Part shown: piece after piece, positions 1 through 15,349 of the stretch
Layout: the number at the start of each line of letters is the position of its first letter
How positions within the stretch are numbered: the stretch's first letter is position 1
Origin: Eledone cirrhosa
Taxonomy: Eukaryota
NCBI GenBank assembly: GCA_964016885.1
Contig: OZ024764.1
Location: 15,810,001 to 15,874,000 of the forward strand
Reading direction: 5' to 3'
Length of the DNA stretch: 64,000 nucleotides
Position numbers and translations under genes: made by a program
Notes under the pieces: generated by a model
Seen by the model: the letters and a program-made list of their open reading frames with translations, nothing else
Told to the model about the DNA's origin: nothing
The model's database searches: none

Positions 1-1660
1 AGAGGAAAAGGAGAGATGACAGCTCTGCAGACCCAGAAGTGTGTGCAGCCAGAGAACACCTGAAAGCTGCCAAGGACCAATTCCATGCTGATCTTATCGA
101 AGAGAGTAAGAAGTATGTGGCGTTAAGAACTGTGTATTGCTTACACTGAGGTCAGAGAGGAGGAGCTGATGGAGAAGATTAGGAGTATAGAAAGAGTAAT
201 TGACGCGTGTAACTGTAAAGGGAGTTGGACGGTCATTAACGAGATGACAGGGAGGAAGAGAGGGAGTTTGAATCAGATCCGGGACACAGGGCCCAAGTAT
301 AGGAAAAGGAAGTGGCTGGATCATTTTAAGACACTACCAGGAGAGCCACCTTCCACAGCCCAGAATACTGGGGAGATCAAACAGCTGTGTGAGGAACTGG
401 ATATTGAGACAGGACCCTTCGCCAGAGAGGAGCTTAAGAGAGCCAAGAAGAAGATCAAGGAGGGCAAGGCCCATGGAGAAGATAGAGTGGCATCAGAGGT
501 GATGAAGAGGTGTTATTTTGATGATATCATCCTGGAGCTCTGTAACCAGGCACTGGAGAAAGGAGTCTATCAGTAACATCGTCCCAGTGCCAAAGAAGGG
601 AGATCTCTCTAACACCAACAACTACAGGGGGAACTCACTGATGTCACTTGTGGCAAACACCCTCAACCGGATGATTCTTAACAGGATCCAGCCCGAGATG
701 GAGAAGCTCAGGGACAACCAGAATGGCTTCAGAGAGGGAAGATCAACCACCAGTCACATCCTGATGCTGAGGAGGATATTAGAGGGAGCTAGAGCAAAGA
801 CCCTTCCTGCTCTCATGGTTTTCATTGACTTCAGGAAGGCCTTTGATTCTGTGGACCGTCACAGCCTGATGAAGATCTTACAGGCTTATGGAATCCCCAA
901 GAAGATAGTGGACCTGATACCACTGCTTTACACCAACTCCAAAGCCCAAGTCATTACACCTGATGGGATGACAGAGCTCTTTGAGATACTGGCTGGAGTG
1001 CTCCAGGGAGATACATTGGCTCCCTACCTTTTTATCATCGTAGTGGACTATTGTATGCGTCTTGCGCTGGAGAAACACCAGGACTCGGGCTTTACTGTAA
1101 CACCGGCTCAGAGCAGGAGAGTTAAGGCTAAAAAGATATCAGATGCTGAATTTGGTGACTACATAGTTCTGGTGACAAACACAGTGAAGGAGGCAGAGGA
1201 GTTGAGGCAGGGGGTGGAGACTGTGTTGATGAGTGTGGGGCTGAGACTGAATGAGAGTAAGATGAAATATCTGGTACAGAACATTAAGAAGCCAGAGAAG
1301 ATTACGAATGTAGGCGGGAAGCTGCTAGAATTGGTTGAGGACTTCCTGTACCTGGGAGCAAAGATTGGGAACACAGAGGATGGTGTGGTGGAGAGGAAGA
1401 GCAAAGCTTGAGTGGCGTGTCACAGCTTGAGGTTGGTGTAGAAATCGGACCTTCGTAAAGACCCGAAGATCCGTCTCTTCGTCATATCTTTGTCCACATG
1501 CCCAAATGAAGGGCTAGTTTAAAATGCAGTCAGTGCTCCTGTGGGAGCCCCTACATGGACACACTAGAAGAGGGAGACCAAGGTTGACATATGTTGATGC
1601 CCTAAGGACAGACACTGGTCTGTTGGAGACCCAGGACATGGTGGCGATGATGACACAGCA
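1..1660 (+). mobile_element. Degenerate RTE-group (RTE-X-like) LINE, RT region to C-terminus, frameshifted; runs off the window start
   Basis: ORFs 169-576 and 518-1411 carry non-LTR RT motifs (PVPKKGDLS..NYRG, QNGFREGRST, FIDFRKAFDSV, GVLQGDTLAPYLF, degenerate FGDY in place of F/YADD, FLYLG). The C-terminal [15 protein letters not shown] follows at ~1530-1660 after an internal deletion. Confidence 0.9.
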
Positions 1661-1661
1661 C

Positions 1662-1932
1662 GTCTCTCTCTCTCCCACTCTCTCCATCTCTCTCTCTCTC
1701 TTTGTCTCTCTCTCCCACTCTCTCCATCTCTCTCTCTCTCTCGTCTCTCCCTCTCCATCTCTCTCTCTCTCTCTCTTTGTCTCTCCATCTCTCTCTCTCT
1801 CTCTCCCACTCTCTCCATCTCTCTCTCTCTCTCTCCCACTCTCTCTCTCTCTTTGTCTCTCCCTCTCTCTCTCCCACTCTCTCCATCTCTCTCTCTCTCT
1901 CTCTCCCACTCTCTCTCTCTCTCTCTCCCACT

Positions 1933-1963
<31 letters not shown>

Positions 1964-2187
1964 CCACTCTCTCCATCTCTCTCTCTCTCTCGTCTCTCCC
2001 TCTCTATCTCTCTCCCACTCTCTCTTTGTCTCTCCATCTCTCTCTCTCTCCCACTCTCTCCATCTCTCTCTCTCTCTCTCCCACTCTCTCCATCTCTCTC
2101 TCTCTCTCTCCCACTCTCTCTCTCTCTTTGTCTCTCCCTCTCTCTCTCCCACTCTCTCCATCTCTCTCTCTCTCTCTCTCTCCCACT

Positions 2188-2220
<33 letters not shown>

Positions 2221-2340
2221 CCACTCTCTTCATCTCTCTCTCTCTCCCTTCTCTCTCTTAATCTCTCTCTCTCCGACTCTCTCTCTCTGTCTCTTTGTCT
2301 CTCCCTCTCTCTCTCTCCATCTCTCTCTGTCCCCCCCCCC
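1662..2340. repeat. (CT)n-based compound microsatellite
   Basis: Continuous ctctct with recurrent ccca/ccat/ttgt interruptions. Confidence 0.95.
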
Positions 2341-2402
2341 TCATTCAATCTGGTTCTAGTTTCACATTTCTACATGACACCAGCTGGAAAGATAAGACAT
2401 TT

Positions 2403-2434
<32 letters not shown>

Positions 2435-2469
2435 CACATATATACACCCACACATACATATATATATAC

Positions 2470-2541
<72 letters not shown>

Positions 2542-2567
2542 ATATACACACACACATACATATATAT

Positions 2568-2609
<42 letters not shown>

Positions 2610-2681
2610 CCACACATACATATATATATACATACATACATATATATATATATATATCTACACCCACACATACATATATAT

Positions 2682-2766
<85 letters not shown>

Positions 2767-2777
2767 TACATATATAT

Positions 2778-2816
<39 letters not shown>

Positions 2817-2837
2817 CACCCACACATACATATATAT

Positions 2838-2914
<77 letters not shown>

Positions 2915-2991
2915 TACATACACACATACATACATACATACATATATATATATACACACACACATACATACATATATATATACATACACCC

Positions 2992-3028
<37 letters not shown>

Positions 3029-3151
3029 CACACCCACACATACATATATATATATATATATACATACACACATACATATATATATATACATACATACATA
3101 TATATATACACACACACACATATATATATATACATACATACATATATATAT

Positions 3152-3186
<35 letters not shown>

Positions 3187-3298
3187 CATACACACATACA
3201 TATATATATACATACATACATATATATATACACACACACACATATATATATATACATACACACATACATATATATATATATACATACATACATATATA
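2403..3298. repeat. (AT)n/(AC)n compound microsatellite
   Basis: Seen directly. Confidence 0.95.
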
Positions 3299-3524
3299 TT
3301 GTTATACTTGGGGAGGGTCATATTTGTGTAATATTGCCAGAATTAATAACAGAACACACTGTTTGGTTGGTTTTCACTTTATATTTATATGATTGAAAAG
3401 GGAAGATAAGGAAAAAACTCCGGTTTTATTTATTTATTTATTTATTCGATAGTGTGAGACTAGTCAAAATAAGTATGGATGTTTAAGATACATTTAGCCA
3501 GAATCAGTTAGTGGTTATTAATCT

Positions 3525-3790
3525 ATTGAAAAAATATTGTAAAAATATTGAAAAAATATTGAAAAATATTGAAAAAATATTGAAAAAATATTGAAAAATA
3601 TTGAAAAAATTTTGAAAAAATTTTGAAAAAATTTTGAAAAAATTTTGAAAAAATTTTGAAAAATTTTTGAAGAATTTTTAAAAAATTAAAAAAAAATTTT
3701 CAAATTTTTTTTTTAAAATAAAAAATCTTTTTTAATTTTTTAAAAAAATTTTGAAAAATTTTTTTTGAGAAAATTTAAAAAAATTTTTCT
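3525..3790. repeat. 10-11 bp A-tract minisatellite (gaaaaatatt grading to gaaaaatttt)
   Basis: Tandem units seen directly, degenerating rightwards. Confidence 0.85.
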
Positions 3791-4044
3791 AAAAAATAAT
3801 TTTTAAGAGATGAGTCATTTTTATGATATAAGTAATTTTTAAAGAAATAAGAATTAAAGAAATAAAAATTATTAAAATTCAAAATTTTAAAAATTAGAAT
3901 TATATACGTATATATTATATGAACATTTTTTAAGAAGTGGAAGTTACAGCAAATATTAGAGATATTATGATTTAGAGATATCAATATATTAAAACCAAGT
4001 AGATGAGATTGTTATGGAAATTAATAGGAATATTATAAGTATAA

Positions 4045-4362
4045 TTATAAGTTATATATAGTTCTGAATGTTGAATTGTGGCGATGTCTACAAGAATTAA
4101 ATAAATTCGTTCTTAGATTAATAGAGTTTTTACATTTAAGTATATAAAACATTTCCTCAATACACAATTTGCAGAATCTAGATAAACCTGATATGGAACT
4201 TAAAATGCAAGAATATAGACTATTCATTAGCTTGGGAAACAGTTTCAAAAGCACCTGCATACTGTAACACAGCTATATCTAGATTCTGCAAATTGTGTAT
4301 TGAGGAAATTTTTTATATACTTAACTGTAAAAACTCTATTAATCTAAGAACAAATTTATTTA
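4045..4362. mobile_element. Penelope-like element 3' end remnant (C-terminal part of the GIY-YIG region) with inverted duplication
   Basis: Plus strand ~4192-4362 translates WNLKCKNIDYSLAWETVSKAPAYCNTAISRFCKLCIEEIFYILNCKNSINLRTNLFN. The minus strand gives RFCKLCIEEMFYILKCKNSINLRTNLFNSCRHRH. Both resemble the PLE C-terminal pattern W.LK...I.Y...W......Y......C.LC..E...I.....N.R.E....CRH. 4098-4184 and 4276-4362 are inverted repeats. Confidence 0.7.
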
Positions 4363-4806
4363 ATGCTGCATGGTAGTGAGACATGGGCAGCAACTGCAGA
4401 GGATATGCGACGGCTGGAGAGAAATGAGGCAAGCATGCTCTGTTGGATGTGCAGTGTAAATGTGCGTGAACGACCCAGCATGGATATGTTGAGAGTGAAA
4501 CTGTGTCTGAGAGGGATAGAATGTAGTGTACGGGATAGGAGACTGAGGTGGTATGGATATGTGATACGCATGGAGGATGACTGATGGGTGAAGAAGTGCC
4601 AGGAAATCCCAGTGGAGGGAATACGCAGTAGAGGAAGACCACGAAAAACATGGGCGGAGGTGGTGAGAACAGACCTCAGATCACTGAAGTTCACGGTGGA
4701 GATGACGAAGGACCGGGACAAGTGGAGAGATGCTGTGCTGAATAGGACCCATCCTACCCTTGCAAGCAGGGAAGAGTGGACGTAAAATGATGATGATGAT
4801 GATGAT
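4363..4806 (+). mobile_element. 5'-truncated RTE LINE (family A) 3' end with (GAT)n tail
   Basis: [22 protein letters not shown]...RGRPRKTW...HPTLASRE is near-identical to the C-terminus of ORF 46364-49432. Confidence 0.95.
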
Positions 4807-4987
4807 ATATATATATATACATACATACATGTGTATATATATACATATATATATCATTATCATCATCATCATCATTTTACGTGTATATATATAGGTTGGA
4901 TTTATACTTGGAATCTTTGAGATTCTTCTACAGGTGGTATGGTGCATGTTTCTGATATTCTCAGACATGACATCTTTAATTTGTTAG

Positions 4988-5021
<34 letters not shown>

Positions 5022-5145
5022 TATATATATATACACCATCTACTCCAGTCAGGAAGTCTACATATAAACTATTTTGATGTTGTGTCATACTGTTGTTTAT
5101 GTGTGTAACATGTTTTGTTAATGGTGTACACACTGGGTGTATAAA

Positions 5146-5202
<57 letters not shown>

Positions 5203-5504
5203 ATATATACATTCATATGTATATATATATATATATGTGTGTGTGAGTTTATGTATGGATATATATATATATATATATATACATATGTGTGTGAGTATAT
5301 ATCTACATATATATATATCATTTTTATATATATTTGTGTCTGTGTATCTATGATGTATGTCTGTATGTGTGTATATAAATATGTGTGTGTGTTTGAATAT
5401 GTATATATATATGTGTGTGTGTGTGTATATATTTATGTATATATATGTGTATATGTATGTATGTGTATATGTATATATATATACATATGTGTGTGCGTGT
5501 TCGC

Positions 5505-5544
<40 letters not shown>

Positions 5545-5624
5545 ATTTATGTATATATACATGTATATATGTATGTATATTTATATATATGTATATATAT
5601 ATACATATGTGTGTGCGTGTTTGC

Positions 5625-5662
<38 letters not shown>

Positions 5663-5795
5663 ATATTTATGTATATATACATGTATGTATGTATATTTGT
5701 ATATAGTTATATATATGTGTGTGTGTGTATATTTATGTATATATACATGTATGTATGTATATTTGTATATAGTTATATATATATGTATATATATG
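4988..5795. repeat. (AT)n/(GT)n compound microsatellite region
   Basis: Seen directly. Confidence 0.9.
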
Positions 5796-7130
5796 ATTTT
5801 TCAAAAAAAAGCTTCCGACTGTATTTTGTCATGTGGGAAGTAATGATGTTAGGGAACCAAAAGTGGGTAGATTGGAGCCACATACATTCATGTGCCTGCC
5901 TGCTTGTTAACAAGCTTGCTGGATGTGTCAGTCACTGTCAGGCAACAGCCAACATATGACGTGGTGTATGATTGCTTATTTGTTGTATTTTTATTCCAAC
6001 TAATACTGCCAGCAACGATCCAAAGTTCCTGAATACTGTGATAACTGGAAAGGAGATGTGGGTCTATTGGTATGACCTGGAAACCAAAGCTCAGTCCTTA
6101 CAGTGGAAGTATCCAATGTTGCCAAGGCCCCAACAAAGTACTTCATACGCAGAGCAAAGTCAAGGTGATGCTGACTGTTATCTTTGACTACCAAGGTGTT
6201 GTGTATCACAGATATGGACGAGGGCAAACAGTTACAAAGGAAGTCCTCTGACATCTTTGTGACACAGTTTAGCACAATAGACCAGATCTGTTGGCCTCAC
6301 AAAACTGACAGCTGCATCATCACAACACCTCAGTTCATTTGTCACAAATGATTCAAGGTTTCTTGGCAACGAAAGACATTTCTCTTATTTACCAGGTTCT
6401 GTACTCTCTAGACCTGGTCCCTTCTGACTTCAGGTTGCTCCCAAAAATAAATATACCACTGAAAGGCCCTGCTTTATGAGCCATGAAGACAGCATGCAGA
6501 CTACAAGAGTGGAGCTGAGATCTATTCTGGGAGAAGTATTCCAAATGTGCTTCAAACAGTAGAAGGATCACTGGGTTAAATGTGTGGAAACACAAGGGGT
6601 CTACTTCAAAGGGGATTAACAATTAACCTTTTAGCATTTACATTACTCTATATATACTATTGTATTGTCACAGTAAAGGCTTTACCTCACATAATATCTC
6701 ACATACCATTTACATTACTCTATATATACTATTGTATTGTCACAGTAAAGGCTTTACCTCACATAATATCTCACATACCATTTACATTACTCTATATATA
6801 CTATTGTATTGTCACAGTAAAGGCTTTACCTCACATAATATCTCACATAACATTTACATTACTCTATATATACTATTGTATTTTCACAGTAAAGGCTTTA
6901 CCTCACATAATATCTCACATAATATCGAATCTATTAGATTTTGATATGATATATTTTGAAAACAATACCTTAACATCAGTATGAGTGGCCAGTTACAGCC
7001 GGTTTGAACAGAAAGAGGTAGAGAATTGTGGCCGGATACATCTGGTTTAAATGCTAAAGGGTTAAACCACACCAAGTATATCATTTTATTTTCCTAGCTT
7101 AAGGTCGCATACTTTTCCAACAGACCTCCT
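5795..7130 (+). pseudogene. Decayed mariner transposon (DD34D transposase pseudogene) interrupted by a MITE
   Basis: Translated fragments FLNTVITGKEMWVYWYDLETKAQSLQW, KVKVMLTVIFDYQGVV, LHHHN, YSLDLVPSDFRLLPKI (YSPDLAP motif) and WVKCVETQGVYFKGD*. A TIR-like ggtcgcatacttttccaacagacctc lies at ~7103-7128. The left boundary is uncertain. Confidence 0.85.
6623..7065. mobile_element. piggyBac-type MITE (TTAA TSD, TIR CCCTTTAGCATTTA) with ~4 internal 72-bp units
   Basis: ttaa-ccttttagcattta ... taaatgctaaaggg-ttaa; several related copies in the window. Confidence 0.85.
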
Positions 7131-8375
<1,245 letters not shown>

Positions 8376-8731
8376 GCTGGAGTGTGTATATTTATATATG
8401 TGTCTTGAGAATATAAATTCCTGTCTCTAGAGCTGAGGTTGATTACTACTGATAAACTGTCAAAAGTAGACATTCCTATCAGGACCACCACCATAGACCA
8501 TTGTCATAGTAAGATCAACCCCCACCCTAATCAACTCTGCTTCTATGGAACAAAACCACCCATTTGTAAGGGTTCCTTTTCACCCCTTTAAATACCAACA
8601 TGTACAGAAAGAAGCCCTGGTTTTACAGAACAAAACCACTGATTTTAAAGGTTTCCTTTAAAACCCTTTAAATACCAACATGTACAGAAACTAGCCCTGG
8701 TTTTAAGGTACAAAACCACCGATTTTTAATG

Positions 8732-11545
8732 GCCACTTTACAGTGTGGACTGGGAGCCTTTTTACTGTGTCTCCTACATGACCACTTTACAGTGTGGACT
8801 GGGAGCCTTTTTACTGTGTCTCCTACACAACCTCTTTACAGTGTGGACTGGGAGCCTTTTTACTGTGTCTCCTTCACGACCACTTTACAGTGTGGACTGG
8901 GAGCCTTTTTACTGTGTCTCCTACACAACCACTTTACAGTGTGGACTGGGAGCCTTTTTACTGTGTCTCCTACACAACCACTTTACAGTGTGGACTGGGA
9001 GCCTTTTTACTGTGTCTCCTACACAACCACTTTACAGTGTGGACTGGGAGCCTTTTTACTGTGTCTCCTACACAACCACTTTACAGTGTGGACTGGGAGC
9101 CTTTTTACTGTGTCTCCTACACAACCACTTTACAGTGTAGACTGGGAGCCTTTTTACTGTGTCTCCTACACAACCACTTTACAGTGTGGACTGGGAGCCT
9201 TTTTACTGTGTCTCCTACACAACCACTTTACAGTGTGGACTGGGAGCCTGTTTACTGTGTCTCCTTCACGACCACTTTACAGTGTGGACTGGGAACCTTT
9301 TTACTGTGTCTCCTACACAACCTCTTTACAGTGTGGACTGGGAGCCTTTTTACTGTGTCTCCTACAAGACCACTTTACAGTGTGGACTGGGAGCCTTTTT
9401 ACTGTGTCTCCTACACGACCACTTTACAGTGTGGACTGGGAGCCTTTTTACTGTGTCTCCTACATGACCAGTTTACAGTGTGGACTGGGAGCCTTTTTAC
9501 TGTGTCCCCTACATGACCCCTTTACAGTGTGGACTGGGATCCTTTTTACCGTGTCTCCTACACGACCACTTTACAGTGTGGACTGGGAGCCTTTTTACTG
9601 TGTCTCCTACAAGACCACTTTACAGTGTGGACTGGGAGCCTTTTTACTGTGTCTCCTACATGACCAGTTTACAGTGTGGACTGGGAGCCTTTTTACTGTG
9701 TCCCCTACATGACCCCTTTACAGTGTGGACTGGGAGCCTTTTTACTGTGTCTCCTACACGACCACTTTACAGTGTGAACTGGGAGCCTTTTTACTGTGTC
9801 TCCTACATGACCACTTTACAGTGTGGACTGGGAACCTTTTTACTGTGTCTCCTACACAACCTCTTTACAGTGTGGACTGGGAGCCTTTTTACTGTGTCTC
9901 CTTCACCACCACTTTACAGTGTGGACTGGGAGCCTTTTTACTGTGTCTCCTACACAACCACTTTACAGTGTGGACTGGGAGCCTTTTTACTGTGTCCCCT
10001 ACATGACCCCTTTACAGTGTGGACTGGGAGCCTTTTTACTGTGTCTCCTACACGACCACTTTACAGTGTGGACTGGGAGCCTTTTTACTGTGTCTCCTAC
10101 ATGACCACTTTACAGTGTGGACTGGGAGCCTTTTTACTGTGTCCCCTACACAACCTCTTTACAGTGTGGACTGGGAGCCTCTTACTGTGTCTCCTACACG
10201 ACCACTTTACAGTGTGGACTGGGAACCTTTTTACTGTGTCTCCTACACAACCACTTTACAGTGTGGACTGGGAGCCTTTTTACTGTGTCTCCTACACAAC
10301 CACTTTACAGTGTGGACTGGGAGCCTTTTTACTGTGTCTCCTACACAACCACTTTACAGTGTGGACTGGGAGCCTTTTTACTGTGTCTCCTACACGACCA
10401 CTTTACAGTGTGGACTGGGAGCCTTTTTACTGTGTCTCCTACACGACCACTTTACAGTGTGGACTGGGAGCCTTTTTACTGTGTCCCTTACACGACCACT
10501 TTACAGTGTGGACTGGGAGCCTTTTTACTGTGTCTCCTACACAACCACTTTACAGTGTGGACTGGGAGCCTTTTTACTGTGTCTCCTACACGACCACTTT
10601 ACAGTGTGGACTGGGAGCCTTTTTACTGTGTCTCCTACACGACCACTTTACAGTGTGGACTGGGAGCCTTTTTACTGTGTCCCTTACACGACCACTTTAC
10701 AGTGTGGACTGGGAGCCTTTTTACTGTGTCTCCTACATGACCACTTTACAGTGTGGACTGGGAGCCTTTTTACTGTGTCTCCTACACGACCACTTTACAG
10801 TGTGGACTGGGAGCCTTTTTACTGTGTCCCTTACACGACCACTTTACAGTGTGGACTGGGAGCCTTTTTACTGTGTCTCCTACATGACCACTTTACAGTG
10901 TGGACTGGGAGCCTTTTTACTGTGTCTCCTACATGACCACTTTACAGTGTGGACTGGGAGCCTTTTTACTGTGTCCCTTACACGACCACTTTACAGTGTG
11001 GACTGGGAGCCTTTTTACTGTGTCTCCTACATGACCACTTTACAGTGTGGACTGGGAGCCTTTTTACTGTGTCACCTACATGACCACTTTACAGTGTGGA
11101 CTGGGAGCCTTTTTACTGTGTCTCCTACACGACCACTTTACAGTGTGGACTGGGAACCTTTTCACTGTGTCTCCTACATGACCACTTTACAGTGTGGACT
11201 GGGAGCCTTTTTACTGTGTCTCCTACATGACCACTTTACAGTGTGGACTGGGAGCCTTTTTACTGTGTCTCCTACATGACCACTTTACAGTGTGGACTGG
11301 GAGCCTTTTTACTGTGTCTCCTACATGACCAGTTTACAGTGTGGACTGGGAGCCTTTTTACTGTGTCCCCTACATGACCCCTTTACAGTGTGGACTGGGA
11401 GCCTTTTTACTGTGTCTCCTACACGACCACCTTACAGTGTGGACTGGGAGCCTTTTTACTGTGTCTCCTACATGACCACTTTACAGTGTGGACTGGGAGC
11501 CTTTTTACTGTGTCCCCTACATGACCACCTTACAGTGTGGACTGA
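8732..11545. repeat. 49-bp minisatellite, ~57 copies, in the 3' UTR of a minus-strand RTE family-B LINE
   Basis: Unit ccactttacagtgtggactgggagcctttttactgtgtctcctacatga, contiguous with the LINE end at 11545-11895. Confidence 0.95.
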
Positions 11546-11897
11546 AATGGGAGGATGGGGTAGGATGTGTGGGGTGAGGTGTACATTAGGTGAAGAGGTG
11601 CCTACTGACTGTAGGTTTGTATGCGATGGTAGTCAGGTCTTCTGTACAACTACATAGCGTGAAAGATCTCGATCCAGTGACATTGTCTTAGAGAGGTGTA
11701 GGTGGGCAAGGTCAGTTTTTATCACCTCGTCCCAGGTTTTTCTTGGTCTACCCACTCTGCAGCTTCCATCAATTTTCATTGCCCTGCACTTTTTTATACA
11801 GCTGTCATCCTTCATACACATCACATGTCCATATCAACGCAGTCTCCTCTCCAGAACACAACATTTGATACCTCTTATGCTTAGTCTCTCTCTCAAT
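11545..11897 (-). mobile_element. RTE LINE family B, C-terminal fragment
   Basis: [33 protein letters not shown] on the minus strand. Confidence 0.9.
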
Positions 11898-11927
11898 TCA
11901 TATTATTATTATTATTATTATTACTAT

Positions 11928-12272
11928 GGCGGTGGATTGGCAGTATCGGTAGAGGGTCGGACGCCATGCTTTACAGCACAGAGTTACAGCCCTTCACGGT
12001 CTGAGTTCAAATCCCGCCGAGGTTAACTTTGCCTTTCATCCCTACGGGGTCGATAAAATAAAGTACCAGTAATGCACTGGGGTAATTGCTGGCCTTGTGC
12101 CAAAAGTAGAAACAATTATTATAGGGTCAATCAAATAAAGTACCAGTAATACACTGGTGTAATTGCTGGCCTTGTGCCAAAAGTAGAAACAATTATTATA
12201 TTTTATAAAATAAAGTACCAGTAATACACTGGGGTAACTGCTGGCCATGTGTCAATAGTAGAAGCACCTATT
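11928..12272 (+). mobile_element. tRNA-derived SINE family 1 (central domain ttgcctttcatccc.tacggggtcgataaaataaagtaccag) with triplicated tail
   Basis: A-box-like tggcagtatcgg and B-box gagttcaaatcc. The tail taaagtaccagtaat...gtagaaacaattatta occurs 3 times. Many copies in the window. Confidence 0.85.
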
Positions 12273-12899
12273 ATATAAACATTATTCACACACTAATACC
12301 CATAAGTAACCACCATGCTAGAACAAAAACAAATTTTGTTTTTAAATAATTAATAATTTTAGTAAATCGCTCCAAATTATTTAGTAACCAATTTGACACG
12401 GACCCCGCCCAAAACCAGCTTTGGTTTTATGCAACAAAACCACCCATTTTAAAGGGTTCCTGTTTAAATTAAAATATTCCATCATAATTATATATAACAA
12501 CCATATGTTAAGTTTCTATCTTAGTAATGAAATAATAATTTTAGTAAATCCCTTGAAATTCTTCTTCAATTAATTGAAATAAAGTGTTTTATATCTAAAT
12601 TAAAATCTTATTGCATGATTTTATATAACAGCCATATGTTAAGTTATTATCTTAGTAATGAAATAATAAAAATTTAATACATCCCTTTTAATTCGTAATT
12701 AGATGTGTGCCTGTTTTCTTGCAACACGACCCTCCCACCACCACCACACACACTACCCCCACCAAACTATAACAATATCAGTTTCAACACAATTTCACAT
12801 AAAAAAATTTGCAAAACAAATGCAAAATACACACACACACGCACACACACACACATGTTTAAGACCAGACACACACACACACACACACATGTGAAAGAC

Positions 12900-14808
12900 C
12901 TACAGTGTGTACTGGGTGCTTTTTGTTGTGACACACAACCATCGTACAGTGTGTACTGGGTGCTTTTTGTTGTGACACCTACACAACCATCGTACAGTGT
13001 GGACTGGGTACTTTTGTTGTGACACCTACACAACCATCGTACAGTGTGGACTGGGTACTTTTGTTGTGACACCTACACAACCATCGTACAGTGTGGACTG
13101 GGTACTTTTGTTGTGACAGCTACACAACCATCCTACAGTGTGGACTGGGTACTTTTGTTGTGACACCTACATGACCACTTTACAGTGTGGACTGGGTACT
13201 TTTGTTGTGACACCTACACAACCATCATACAGTGTGGACTGGGTACTTTTGTTGTGACAGCTACATGACCACTTTACAGTGTGGACTGGGTACTTTTGTT
13301 GTGACACCTACACAACCATCCTACAGTGTGGACTGGGTACTTTTGTTGTGACACCTACATGACCACTTTACAGTGTGGACTGGGTACTTTTGTTGTGACA
13401 CCTACACAACCATCCTACAGTGTGGACCGGGTACTTTTGTTGTGACACCTACACGACCATCCTACAGTGTGGACTGGGTACTTTTGTTGTGACAGCTACA
13501 CAACCATCGTACAGTGTAGACTGGGTACTTTTGTTGTGACACCTACACAACCATCCTACAGTGTGGACTGGGTACTTCTGTTGTGACACCTACACAACCA
13601 TCGTACAGTGTGGACTGGGTACTTTTGTTGTGACAGCTACACAACCATCCTACAGTGTGGACTGGGTACTTTTGTTGTGACACCTACACAACCATCGTAC
13701 AGTGTGGACTGGGTACTTTTGTTGTGACACCTACACAACCATCCTACAGTGTGGACTGGGTACTTCTGTTGTGACACCTACACAACCATTGTACAGTGTG
13801 GACTGGGTACTTTTGTTGTGACACCTACACAACCATTGTACAGTGTGGACTGGGTACTTTTGTTGTGACACCTACACAACCATCGTACAGTGTGGCCTGG
13901 GTACTTTTGTTGTGACACCTACACAACCATCCTACAGTGTGGACTGGGTACTTTTGTTGTGACACCTACACAACCATCCTACAGTGTGGACTGGGTACTT
14001 TTGTTGTGACACCTACACAACCATCGTACAGTGTGTACTGGGTACTTTTGTTGTGACACCTACACAACCATCCTACAGTGTGGACTGGGTACTTTTGTTG
14101 TGACACCTACACAACCATTGTACAGTGTAGACTGGGTACTTTTGTTGTGACAGCTACACAACCATCCTACAGTGTGGACTGGGTACTTTTGTTGTGACAC
14201 CTACACAACCATCGTACAGTGTGGACTGGGTACTTTTGTTGTGACACCTACACAACCATCGTACAGAGTGGACTGGGTACTTTTGTTGTGACACCTACAC
14301 AACCATCGTACAGAGTGGACTGGGTACTTTTGTTGTGACACCTACACAACCATCCTACAGTGTGGACTGGGTACTTTTGTTGTGACACCTACACAACCAT
14401 CGTACAGTGTGTACTGGGTACTTTTGTTGTGACACCTACACAACCATCCTACAGTGTGGACTGGGTACTTTTGTTGTGACACCTACACAACCATTGTACA
14501 GTGTAGACTGGGTACTTTTGTTGTGACAGCTACACAACCATCCTACAGTGTAGACTGGGTACTTTTGTTGTGACACCTACACAACCATCCTACAGTGTGG
14601 ACTGGGTACTTTTGTTGTGACACCTACACAACCATCGTACAGAGTGGACTGGGTACTTTTGTTGTGACGCCTACACAACCATCGTACAGTGTGGACTGGG
14701 TACCTTTGTTGTGACACCTACACAACCATCGTACAGAGTGGACTGGGTACTTCTGTTGTGACACCTACACAACCATCGTACAGTGTGGACTGGGTACTTT
14801 TGTTGTGC
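12900..14808. repeat. 47-bp minisatellite, ~40 copies
   Basis: Unit tacagtgtggactgggtacttttgttgtgacacctacacaaccatcg, homologous to the 49-bp unit. Confidence 0.95.
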
Positions 14809-15050
14809 ACTGAACCAATCCCACTCTCTGAGAGACAGTAGCTATAACCCAAAAAGAAGAAAAGATCAACATCATCAGTAACTACTGAGCCGCAGGTTTT
14901 ATATCGGAGTTATCCCAGTTTCCTGAGTTGCCCTCTCCTAGAAGAATGTCCTGAGAAAGGCTAGGGGTCCTTCACTCCCAGTGGTTTAACCGCGTGATCG
15001 GGTGTCTAGCCCGACTATTTCTATGTCCCTGCACATATACATACACATGC

Positions 15051-15125
<75 letters not shown>

Positions 15126-15142
15126 AGCATACATGTATATAT

Positions 15143-15207
<65 letters not shown>

Positions 15208-15234
15208 AGCATACATGTATATATACATATATAT

Positions 15235-15307
<73 letters not shown>

Positions 15308-15318
15308 CACATGCATAC

Positions 15319-15349
<31 letters not shown>

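Noticed and set aside
8732-14808. CRISPR-like regular arrays (also 26.4, 29.1, 30.8, 54.9 and 59.3 kb)
   Set aside because: Units are head-to-tail with no unique spacers, there are no cas genes, and the context is eukaryotic; these are minisatellites
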